From: Odoribacter sp. OttesenSCG-928-L07
Lineage (GTDB): Bacteria > Bacteroidota > Bacteroidia > Bacteroidales > BM520
Assembly: GCA_030265965.1 (NCBI GenBank)
Contig: JAJDHA010000003.1
Location: 4,418-68,417, forward strand
DNA length: 64,000 bases
Direction of reading: 5' to 3'
Positions 26,250 through 33,945 of the stretch are shown in pieces (the first letter of the stretch is position 1; every line of letters starts with the position of its first letter). Below the pieces are notes generated by a model that searched no databases, was not told the origin of the DNA, and worked only from the letters and a program-made list of their open reading frames with translations. Made by a program: the position numbers and the translations under genes.

Positions 26250-26354
26250 ATTTTTTTAATGGAGAATTTTAATTTAGTAATTAAGAAATTTAGAAATGTC
26301 GAAATAAGTTCAATAAATCAGAATTACAAATTGCCATATTTTACACAACAACAA

Positions 26355-26450
26355 ATCCCGCAGGGATTAAATATCATTAGCCAAGGGTGAGCGCAGCGAA
26401 CCCGTGGTAGAGAAATACCATAATTATGAATTAGCGCAGCGAACCCGTGG
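26355..26450 (+). repeat. Same element as 6978-7022, plus a partial second copy
   Basis: ATCCCGCAGGGATTAAATATCATTAGCCAAGGGTGAGCGCAGCGAACCCGTGG, then TTAGCGCAGCGAACCCGTGG. Confidence 0.8.
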
Positions 26451-26504
26451 ACGAAAAATGCTATTATCATAATTTGTTGTACCAACAATTGATATTTGAA
26501 ATCA

Positions 26505-26610
26505 GATTGTTCAGGGCTGCGTGAGGGATTGCAGCGATACCCCGCAGCGAGCGTAGCGAGCGAGGAGTAAAGCGGAAAGCCCGACCCGAGCGTTAGCGAG
26601 GGGCACGCCC
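26505..26610 (+). repeat. GC-rich dispersed element (~105 bp), intact copy
   Basis: GATTGTTCAGGGCTGCGTGAGGGATTGCAGCGATACCCCGCAGCGAGCGTAGCGAGCGAGGAGTAAAGCGGAAAGCCCGACCCGAGCGTTAGCGAGGGGCACGCCC. Confidence 0.9.
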
Positions 26611-27597
26611 ATATAAAAATTCAACAACATTTTTTTCATTCAAAGAAATATAATCCGCAGCACCTACAATATTGCCATTGTCGGAAAATAGAATGATAGG
26701 TATTTTGCCGTTCGTAACCATTAAAAATGTATCAACGCGAAAAGAGGTGTATTCTATGATAGGAACATTTTGTTCAACAAAGAAATTGTTGATAGTGCTG
26801 TCTGCAACGCCAGCCCAAAATATTGCCTTTACGTTATCGTTGGAGAGATTGTTATTCTTTAATATGAGATTCAGCTTCATTGCGGATTTTCTACAAAACT
26901 CACAACGAGTTGAATACATGCAAATAATTTGTTTTCCGTCGTTAAAAATATCGCAAGCACCGGAATTGAGAAGAGCTTCGTCGTAAACTTCTGTATTAAT
27001 GTTTATTTTGTCTTTATGTACTAATGTGTAAAGATAATTTGGCGCGTTTATTACAAAAACAACGATAAGAGAGACGAAACTTAGAGTAATTAATACCCAT
27101 GTTTCCCATTTCCTTTTCTTAAAGAAATTAGGTGAAATAAATAACAGACAGATTAGTAGAACTATATTTTTAATAATCGATTGGTTGCGGGTGAAGATTA
27201 TTGCTTCGCCGAAACAATGACAGTTTGAAATATCAACATCAAATAAGTAGGGGAGGAGAAATAAATAAATAGTGAAACCTGAGAGGAATATTATTGAAAC
27301 GTAATAAGCAAAACGGAAATAAATTCCGAAAATTAACATTATTCCCAAGACAAATTCTGCTGTAATTAACAGACGACTAAGTGTTTCTGTTACTGATATT
27401 GAAAATAGATTATGTTCGTAAACATAAAGATCAAAAATATCTATGGAAATGAATTTTAATACTGCGGAAGCAATAAATACTAATCCAACAATAATTCGAA
27501 GAATTAATGAAAGTTTTTTGTTTTGAGGTTTTTTGAACAAAGCCCCTAAATCCCCTAAAGGGGACTTTTTGTTTGTTTTATTGCTCATAGATGACAC
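26593..27597 (-). CDS. MauE/DoxX-like membrane domain fused to thioredoxin-like domain (CEFC)
   Basis: 334 aa. About 5 TM helices with NCHCFGE, and a C-terminal domain with CEFCRKS. Residues 10-19 (KKSPLGDLGA) are encoded by a copy of the 27-bp repeat. The last 5 codons and the stop lie in the GC-rich 105-bp element. The start codon is uncertain. Confidence 0.6.
   Translation of the reverse strand: MSSMSNKTNKKSPLGDLGALFKKPQNKKLSLILRIIVGLVFIASAVLKFISIDIFDLYVYEHNLFSISVTETLSRLLITAEFVLGIMLIFGIYFRFAYYVSIIFLSGFTIYLFLLPYLFDVDISNCHCFGEAIIFTRNQSIIKNIVLLICLLFISPNFFKKRKWETWVLITLSFVSLIVVFVINAPNYLYTLVHKDKININTEVYDEALLNSGACDIFNDGKQIICMYSTRCEFCRKSAMKLNLILKNNNLSNDNVKAIFWAGVADSTINNFFVEQNVPIIEYTSFRVDTFLMVTNGKIPIILFSDNGNIVGAADYISLNEKNVVEFLYGRAPR
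27542..27568 (-). repeat. 27-bp hairpin element inside the CDS 5-prime end
   Basis: GCCCCTAAATCCCCTAAAGGGGACTTT encodes KKSPLGDLGA of the MauE-like protein. Confidence 0.9.
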
Positions 27598-27682
27598 ATA
27601 TTAAATACTACCTCCTATGGTGATATTGTAGATTGCTTTATAGCTGTGTTTTTTTACAATTGCGAGTCAATCACAGGTTTAC

Positions 27683-27708
27683 CAAGTCCCCTTTAGGGGA
27701 TTTAGGGG
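27683..27708 (+). repeat. 27-bp hairpin element
   Basis: AAGTCCCCTTTAGGGGATTTAGGGGC. Inverted relative to the copy at 27542, 115 bp away. Confidence 0.9.
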
Positions 27709-27740
27709 CAATAAGAGTTTAAGTTTATATGATTTGATAT

Positions 27741-27778
27741 AAAAAAAGCAATGTGTAAAAACGACATTGCTTTTTTTA
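27741..27778 (-). terminator. Intrinsic terminator after the small lipoprotein gene
   Basis: Stem AGCAATGT / ACATTGCT (27747-27754 and 27764-27771) between an A7 and a T7 run. Confidence 0.65.
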
Positions 27779-27795
27779 TTAAAGGTTAGTTTGAA

Positions 27796-28008
27796 TTATT
27801 TGCATTCAACACCTGTTTTGTTTTGACCATTGCTATCAACAACGAATGTGTTAAGATCTGAACATTTTTTGCCTTTTTCAAGTTCGATGTCATTTTTTTC
27901 AAGAACGACTGCTCCAGCAAGGTAAGTTTTGCAATCACAAGTTTTTGTGCAAGAAGCAAATGTAAATCCAAATGCTACAACTGCTAATCCGATTAATACT
28001 TTTTTCAT
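27796..28008 (-). CDS. Small Cys-rich lipoprotein
   Basis: 70 aa. Lipobox FTFASC, 4 further Cys. TAACTTTG box upstream and a hairpin plus T-run downstream. Confidence 0.55.
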   Translation of the reverse strand: MKKVLIGLAVVAFGFTFASCTKTCDCKTYLAGAVVLEKNDIELEKGKKCSDLNTFVVDSNGQNKTGVECK

Positions 28009-28075
28009 GTTATTTCAAATTTTTTGCGCCTACTCTTAAATAGGATTTTCGGCAATCTCCTTTTCTTTAACGTTG

Positions 28076-28083
28076 CAAAGTTA
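28076..28083 (-). promoter_or_regulatory. -7 box TAACTTTG (small lipoprotein)
   Basis: Reverse complement of CAAAGTTA. Divergent with the MBL promoter. Confidence 0.4.
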
Positions 28084-28098
28084 CAAAATATTTTTTTG

Positions 28099-28106
28099 TA
28101 CCTTTG
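28099..28106 (+). promoter_or_regulatory. -7 box TACCTTTG (MBL hydrolase)
   Basis: 46 nt before ATG 28153. Confidence 0.5.
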
Positions 28107-28152
28107 CATTTTATGTTAAGAATAGTTATTTGTGTAAAAAAAAAGATAGATT

Positions 28153-28791
28153 ATGCTACAAATTCAACATTTTGTATTTAACCATATACAAGTAAACACA
28201 TATATTTTGTTTGAAGAAACTAAACAAGCATTGGTAATAGATCCGGCGTTTTATTATCCGGAAGAAATAACTTTATTTGATAAATTTGTTTCCGACAATG
28301 AGTTACAGATTGTTGAAGTTGTGTTTACACATCCGCATTCGGATCATTTAGCCGGAGGTGCACATATTATTGAAAAATATAATATCATTCCGAGAATTAA
28401 TTCTAATAGTGCTTTATTGTTGCAAACAATGGAGCAACAAGCTGACTTGATAGGGTTTACTAATTTCATAATGCCGCAATTTAAGTTCGATTTAGAGGAA
28501 GGTGAAACTCTAAAGTTTGGGAATTACTTTCTGAATGTTATGTATATGCCGGGTCATGCTGACGGTAGCGTTTGTTTGTATAATCCTGATGAGAAAATTC
28601 TGTTTACCGGCGATGTTCTTTTTAGAAGTAGTATCGGTAGAACTGATTTTCCTACAGGTGATTACGAGCTTTTAATTAATAATATTAAGAGTAGAATTTT
28701 CACTCTCCCTGAAGATGTGACTGTTTATCCCGGTCATAATAATCCGACTACTGTGAAGTTTGAAAAGAGGTTTAATCCTTTTTTTAATTGA
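28153..28791 (+). CDS. MBL-fold metallohydrolase (glyoxalase II-like)
   Basis: 212 aa. THPHSDHLAG (HxHxDH) and later GHADGS. Confidence 0.85.
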   Translation: MLQIQHFVFNHIQVNTYILFEETKQALVIDPAFYYPEEITLFDKFVSDNELQIVEVVFTHPHSDHLAGGAHIIEKYNIIPRINSNSALLLQTMEQQADLIGFTNFIMPQFKFDLEEGETLKFGNYFLNVMYMPGHADGSVCLYNPDEKILFTGDVLFRSSIGRTDFPTGDYELLINNIKSRIFTLPEDVTVYPGHNNPTTVKFEKRFNPFFN

Positions 28792-28844
28792 TAGACAGGA
28801 TGACAGAATTTGCAGGATTAACAGAATTCTGTCATCCTGTCTAT
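28791..28844. terminator. Bidirectional hairpin formed by two inverted copies of the boundary repeat
   Basis: ATAGACAGGATGACAGAAT...ATTCTGTCATCCTGTCTAT forms a perfect 19-bp stem between the convergent MBL and SSF genes. There is no T-run, so terminator function is an inference. Confidence 0.45.
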
Positions 28845-30313
28845 CCTATTTTCTTCTTGCTTATTATCAGCAATCCCAAAAACGTAATTGCTCCGTTAAC
28901 AATGATTAAAGCAAATCCAAACGGGAAAATCATATTTAAGAAATAACATATTATCGGTGCAATAATAGCAACAAATGGAACGTATTTGTCTTTTAATTGA
29001 AGTTTAGTGAATAAACCGAGCGCAAATAAACCGAGAAGCGGACCGTATGTGTATCCGGCAATCATAAATATTGTGGTAATAACAGAATTGTCGTTGAGCT
29101 TGTTGAATGCAAGGATTAGCAATATCATTATTATTGCAAAAGAGAAATGAACTTTGATACGGATATTCTTTTTCTTTTCTTCGGAAAGTTCTTTGCGTTT
29201 ATCGTCGAAGCCGAGAAAATCGATACAGAAGCTGGTAGTCAGCGCTGTTAAAGCCCCGTCGCCACTGGAGTATGCAGCAGAAATTAAACCAATCATAAAA
29301 ACTATGCCTGCTACCGGTCCGAGATATTTCAACATGATGAGCGGGAATAATTCGTCGGTTTGAGCAGGAATTGCAATTCCTTGTGATTCTGCAAAAATAT
29401 AAAGCGCAACTCCTAAGAGTAGGAATAAAAAATTGACGGGAATTAAACAAGAACTCATCATAAACATATTCTTTTGAGCGCTTTTCAAATCTTTACAACT
29501 TAAATTCTTTTGCATCATATCTTGATCTAATCCGGTCATTGTCACCGCAATAAAAGCTCCGCCAAAAAATTGTTTCAGATAGTGCAGTCTGCTGTTCCAA
29601 TCAGTGACAATCATTTTGGAATAATCATGTTCAAAGATTTTGGCTATCATTCCCGAAAAGCCGATGTTCAAACTTTTTGTAATCATAAAGAAGCAGATAA
29701 TCAATGCCAAAATCATAAAAGTTGTTTGTAGCGTATCAGTCCAGATTATCGTTTTAATTCCGCCTTTAAAAGTGTATAGTACAATTAATCCGACGAAAAT
29801 GGTTGCAGTAACAGCGAATGGAACATTCCACGCATCGAAAACAAATTTTTGCAGCACATAAGCAACGAGAAATAATCTTCCGGCAGCGCCTAAAAGTTTA
29901 GAAATTATGAAAAATGTGGAGCCGGTTCTGTATGAAATGTTTCCAAATCTTTGTTGGAGATATGTGTAAATAGTTGTTAGCTTTAACTTGTAATAGACAG
30001 GTAATAAAACTGTTGCGATAATTGCATATCCGAGCAAATATCCGAATACAACCATCATATATGAAAATCCGGAATGATAAACATCGCCCGGGATGGAGAT
30101 AAATGTAACGCCGGATAACGACGCGCCAATCATTCCGTAAGCAACAATGGGCCACGAGGATTTTCTTTCTCCGATAAAATAACTGTCGTTTTTAGCTTTA
30201 CGTGATGTAACAAATGCTATAACAAAAATTAATGCTGTATATGCGATAAAACAAATTAAAATTAATCCGGAATCCATTTTGTGTCTTTTATAATGTTGAT
30301 GCAAATTCGACAA
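28841..30313 (-). CDS. Sodium:solute symporter family transporter
   Basis: 490 aa with about 13 TM helices and an SSF-like pattern. Overlaps the upstream gene by 26 nt. Stop TAG lies inside the boundary repeat. Confidence 0.8.
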   Translation of the reverse strand: MSNLHQHYKRHKMDSGLILICFIAYTALIFVIAFVTSRKAKNDSYFIGERKSSWPIVAYGMIGASLSGVTFISIPGDVYHSGFSYMMVVFGYLLGYAIIATVLLPVYYKLKLTTIYTYLQQRFGNISYRTGSTFFIISKLLGAAGRLFLVAYVLQKFVFDAWNVPFAVTATIFVGLIVLYTFKGGIKTIIWTDTLQTTFMILALIICFFMITKSLNIGFSGMIAKIFEHDYSKMIVTDWNSRLHYLKQFFGGAFIAVTMTGLDQDMMQKNLSCKDLKSAQKNMFMMSSCLIPVNFLFLLLGVALYIFAESQGIAIPAQTDELFPLIMLKYLGPVAGIVFMIGLISAAYSSGDGALTALTTSFCIDFLGFDDKRKELSEEKKKNIRIKVHFSFAIIMILLILAFNKLNDNSVITTIFMIAGYTYGPLLGLFALGLFTKLQLKDKYVPFVAIIAPIICYFLNMIFPFGFALIIVNGAITFLGLLIISKKKIG

Positions 30314-31661
30314 GACTGTCGCAACAAATATCTGCCGAAGTGTTATTCCCTATAAAAACGGTTTTCATTTTCAGCCTTTTGCCAAAAATAATATCTGTTT
30401 CCGAATCTCCTATCATAATACTTCTTTCAAAATCAATCTTCGGAAAATCCTCTTTTGCTTGCAAGCCCATACCAATATTCGGTTTCCTCCAATTATGATT
30501 TTCGCTGCTAAGGTTTGGACAAAAGTAAACTCTGTCGATTTTTCCATTGTTGTCAACAATTTCTTTTAACATATAGTCGTTCACTTTCTCAAAATCTTCG
30601 CACGTCATTATTCCTTTTCCAATACCTTGCTGATTTGTAACAACAAATATTCTTTCAAACTTTGATGAAAAGATTTTGATTGCGTCAATTACTCCGTCGA
30701 GAAAAACAAACTCTTCGGGCTTAGTAACGTAATTATCAATCAAGCGTTTGTTGATTACTCCGTCTCTGTCTAAGAAAAGTGCGGAAGAGTAGGGGACAAG
30801 AATTTCGGCTGCACGGTTGTAATCTTCGGGAATACCGATATCGATGAAATTATTATTGAAACTTAATCCGAAAATTTTAGGAGCGCTTAAATCCCTTGAA
30901 GGGGACTTTGCTTCTAAATCCCCTAAAGGGGACTTTGCCCCTAAATCCCCTAAAGGGGACTTTTTGAGATTGGGTGAACTGGAATGTTTGGGGATAAGTT
31001 TATCATTATTTTTATGTTGAAAAAAAATTGCGTTTTCTAAAAAATCTTTTTCGAAGGAGAATTTTTCAGGGAAATCATTTAAAATATTTCTGTTTAAAAT
31101 ATAAATACCGGCATTAATTAATCCTTCGCCTGTTTTTTGACCTTTCTCAAGGAAAGAAATAATTTTATTTTCCTCAGAAATTTCCACAGATCCATAACGA
31201 CTTACATCTTCAACTTCTCGGAGAGCGATTGCAATGTTTGTTTGTTTTTCGAAATAAAAATCGGATAAAGTTTTTAAATTTATGTCGAAAAAGGAGTCGC
31301 CATTGAGAACAAAAACATTTTCTCCTTTAGACTTAGAGAGTGCGTATTTTATTCCGCCACCTGTGCCTAATGGCTCGTTTTCAATAGCGTACGAGATGCT
31401 TAATTCTCTGTACTCAATTCTGTTACCGATTTCAACATGTTTGCCGTATTTGTTTCCGAAATATGAAGTGATGCTTTCGTGGAGATGTCCGACAGAAAGT
31501 ACAACATCATCAATGTTATTTTTTAGCAAATATATAAGGAGATATTCCAAGAAGGCTTTGCCTTTGACGGGAGCCATTGGTTTGGGAATGTTTTGGATAA
31601 CAGACTGAAGACGTGTGCCGAAGCCGCCGGCAAGAATTACAGCGCTATTTACCATTACCAA
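30288..31661 (-). CDS. Bifunctional sugar-1-phosphate nucleotidyltransferase (HddC-like) / D,D-heptose 1,7-bisphosphate phosphatase (GmhB-like)
   Basis: N-terminal ILAGGFGTRL...KPM nucleotidyltransferase. C-terminal HAD FLDRDGVIN...VTNQ...WRKP...GDSETD. The domains are joined by a linker encoded by 3 x 27-bp repeat (KSPLGDLGA-type). Confidence 0.7.
   Translation of the reverse strand: MVMVNSAVILAGGFGTRLQSVIQNIPKPMAPVKGKAFLEYLLIYLLKNNIDDVVLSVGHLHESITSYFGNKYGKHVEIGNRIEYRELSISYAIENEPLGTGGGIKYALSKSKGENVFVLNGDSFFDINLKTLSDFYFEKQTNIAIALREVEDVSRYGSVEISEENKIISFLEKGQKTGEGLINAGIYILNRNILNDFPEKFSFEKDFLENAIFFQHKNNDKLIPKHSSSPNLKKSPLGDLGAKSPLGDLEAKSPSRDLSAPKIFGLSFNNNFIDIGIPEDYNRAAEILVPYSSALFLDRDGVINKRLIDNYVTKPEEFVFLDGVIDAIKIFSSKFERIFVVTNQQGIGKGIMTCEDFEKVNDYMLKEIVDNNGKIDRVYFCPNLSSENHNWRKPNIGMGLQAKEDFPKIDFERSIMIGDSETDIIFGKRLKMKTVFIGNNTSADICCDSLVEFASTL
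30883..30963 (-). repeat. 3 x 27-bp hairpin element in frame inside the hddC-gmhB fusion
   Basis: Units at 30883, 30910 and 30937. Translated as KSPLGDLGA / KSPLGDLEA / KSPSRDLSA. Confidence 0.95.
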
Positions 31662-32232
31662 AAAGTTCTGTTTCTACAAGTTCACACAAAATATGTCCCA
31701 ACATGATGTGAGCTTCTTGAATGCGAGGAGTATCGCTTGATGGAACATTTAAAATATGATTGCAAATATCTTTCATTTTGCCGCCATTTTCTCCCGTCAA
31801 TCCTATTGTAATGATTTTATTTTCATTACAAAAGTTTATAGCATTAATCAAGTTTTGAGAATTGCCGGATGTTGATATTGCGATAAAAACATCCCCTGGT
31901 TTTGCTTTAGCTTTTATAGCGCGTGAATAAATATCATTAAAGCAATAATCGTTTGCAACCGCAGTAAGATAAGATGTGTTAACATGCAAAGCTTCAGCAT
32001 CGAGAGGGTCTCTGTCGAAATAAAATTTTCCAGAAAGTTCGGCTGCAATATGTTGTGCATCAGCAGCAGAGCCACCATTACCGGCGATTAACACTTTCCC
32101 GCCGGATTTATATGTGTCAATTATTATTTGAGCAATATTGGCAATTTTATCAATAAAAATTGAATTGTTAAGAATCTTTTCTTTAACCTCAATTGATTGT
32201 TTTATTGCTTCGGAGATTCTATTTTTATTCAT
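31645..32232 (-). CDS. gmhA: Phosphoheptose isomerase (SIS domain)
   Basis: 195 aa. GNGGSAADAQH and ISTSGNS motifs. Confidence 0.85.
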   Translation of the reverse strand: MNKNRISEAIKQSIEVKEKILNNSIFIDKIANIAQIIIDTYKSGGKVLIAGNGGSAADAQHIAAELSGKFYFDRDPLDAEALHVNTSYLTAVANDYCFNDIYSRAIKAKAKPGDVFIAISTSGNSQNLINAINFCNENKIITIGLTGENGGKMKDICNHILNVPSSDTPRIQEAHIMLGHILCELVETELFGNGK

Positions 32233-32238
32233 TGAAAT

Positions 32239-33183
32239 TTATTCTTTACAATTTAATTTTTCAGAAACATTGTAATCGTTTTTATTAGGTGAATTTCTTG
32301 TAATCAGTTCGCCGGTAAAACCAACAGAAAATGATTGAAACCCAAGCACCATACAAAGTAGTCCGACAAAAAACAATGGTCTGTCTGTCATTCCATAACC
32401 TGCAAAAAAGAATCTTTGAATAACGAGCCAAAGGAAGATAACAAAACCTAAAAAGAAGATTAATGCTCCGAGTGCGCCGAAAAGGTGCATTGGATTTTTA
32501 CCGTATCTGTTGATAAAGCTTATTGTCATCAAGTCTAAGAATCCGTTGATAAATCTGCTCATGCCGAATTTTGTTTTGCCGTATTTTCTTGCTTGATGTT
32601 GAACAACTTTTTCGCCGATTTTATTATATCCGGCTTTTTGAGCAATCAGCGGTACATATCTATGCATTTCGCCGTAAACTTCAATGTTTTTCACAACTTC
32701 ATTTTTGTAAGCTTTTAATCCGCAATTAAAGTCGTGAAGTTTGATTTTAGAAGCTCTACGCGTTACCCAATTATAAAATTTTGAAGTTGAGCGTTTAATA
32801 AAAGGATCATGTCTTTGTTTCTTCCATCCGGAAACTATATCATAGCCTTCATTGATAATCATGTTGTAGAGTTCAGGAATTTCGTCAGGACTATCTTGCA
32901 TATCGGCATCCATTGTGATAACAACATCGCCGGAAGCAGCTATGAATCCTTCGTTTAGAGCAGCTGACTTGCCGTAATTTCTTTTGAATTTTATTCCGAT
33001 AATGTTATCATTAGATTTGCAAAATCCTGAAATTATTTTCCATGAAGAGTCTGTGCTGCCGTCATCAACGAAGATTGCTTCCCAGCTGAAATCGTTGTTA
33101 GTCATTACTTTTTTTATCCATTGAAGTAATTCCGGCAAAGATTCCTCTTCGTTAAGTAGAGGTATTACGAGTGATATTTGCAT
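32239..33183 (-). CDS. GT2 polyprenyl-phosphate glycosyltransferase (DPM1/GtrB/ArnC-like) with C-terminal TM helices
   Basis: ISLVIPLLNEEE, DDGSTD and MDADMQD motifs. Start placed at ATG 33183 (MQISLVIP), 1 nt after the upstream stop. The ORF track offers an alternative at 33219. Confidence 0.8.
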   Translation of the reverse strand: MQISLVIPLLNEEESLPELLQWIKKVMTNNDFSWEAIFVDDGSTDSSWKIISGFCKSNDNIIGIKFKRNYGKSAALNEGFIAASGDVVITMDADMQDSPDEIPELYNMIINEGYDIVSGWKKQRHDPFIKRSTSKFYNWVTRRASKIKLHDFNCGLKAYKNEVVKNIEVYGEMHRYVPLIAQKAGYNKIGEKVVQHQARKYGKTKFGMSRFINGFLDLMTISFINRYGKNPMHLFGALGALIFFLGFVIFLWLVIQRFFFAGYGMTDRPLFFVGLLCMVLGFQSFSVGFTGELITRNSPNKNDYNVSEKLNCKE

Positions 33184-33184
33184 A

Positions 33185-33700
33185 TTAGAAAGGTTTTTCT
33201 TTTTTAGTAAATACTGCAACGATAAGAGCGACTATAAGTGCCGTTAATGCAACATTAACAATAATTATTATTAGGTAGGGAACTGGCGACAACATTGTTT
33301 CAAGCATATTCATTACCATATCATAAGTTTCACTTCCAACAGTATCGTAAAAACCTTCGAGTACTTCATCGTAAGCATCTAACATAACTTGTTTTCCATT
33401 CAAAAATGAAACATTAACCCAATCTCTCAAGCCATTAATAAATGCTGCAATGAGATAGATAAAGAAACCATGTTTAAATCCCTGATTATAAGAAATGTAT
33501 CCTTCGAGATGGTCGTTGCTATATCTCTTAATCCCTTTTACCATAGCAAAGACATATATACTTGTAACGAGGATAACATTTAGAAATCCCATTGTACCGC
33601 TACCAAATTGAACTCCCATAATTTGGAGAGCAACATTATAAGCTAACAAAACAGCACCAGCAATGCCGCCATATAACAATCTGTTTTTCCACACATTCAT
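33185..33700 (-). CDS. DUF4199-like small membrane protein
   Basis: 171 aa with 4 TM helices. This family commonly precedes this GT2 in Bacteroidota. Heptad promoter cassette 28 nt upstream. Confidence 0.65.
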   Translation of the reverse strand: MNVWKNRLLYGGIAGAVLLAYNVALQIMGVQFGSGTMGFLNVILVTSIYVFAMVKGIKRYSNDHLEGYISYNQGFKHGFFIYLIAAFINGLRDWVNVSFLNGKQVMLDAYDEVLEGFYDTVGSETYDMVMNMLETMLSPVPYLIIIIVNVALTALIVALIVAVFTKKEKPF

Positions 33701-33728
33701 GATTTTGTGTTTTATTAATTTAAAACTA

Positions 33729-33772
33729 CAAAGATAGTAAATAGTTGAAAGTTGAAAGTTGAAAGTTGAAAA
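33729..33772 (-). promoter_or_regulatory. Heptad promoter cassette driving the DUF4199-GT2-gmhA-hddC/gmhB-SSF operon
   Basis: Minus strand reads TTTTCAACTTTCAACTTTCAACTTTCAACTATTTACTATCTTTG, ATG 28 nt downstream. Confidence 0.65.
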
Positions 33773-33904
33773 TTATTTTGTTAATGGTTAGTGATTAATG
33801 GTTAATGGGGATACCGAACGGTAGCCCGAGAATCGTCAACACGTCCCATCGCACACCGTATGTGTGCGACGAAATATATTTTTTGCAGAATAAAAAATAT
33901 TATC

Positions 33905-33912
33905 TATCTTTG
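33905..33912 (+). promoter_or_regulatory. -7 box TATCTTTG (lipoprotein pair)
   Basis: 33 nt before ATG 33946. Confidence 0.5.
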
Positions 33913-33945
33913 TAGCGATTTTATTATCAATTAATTAAAAACATT

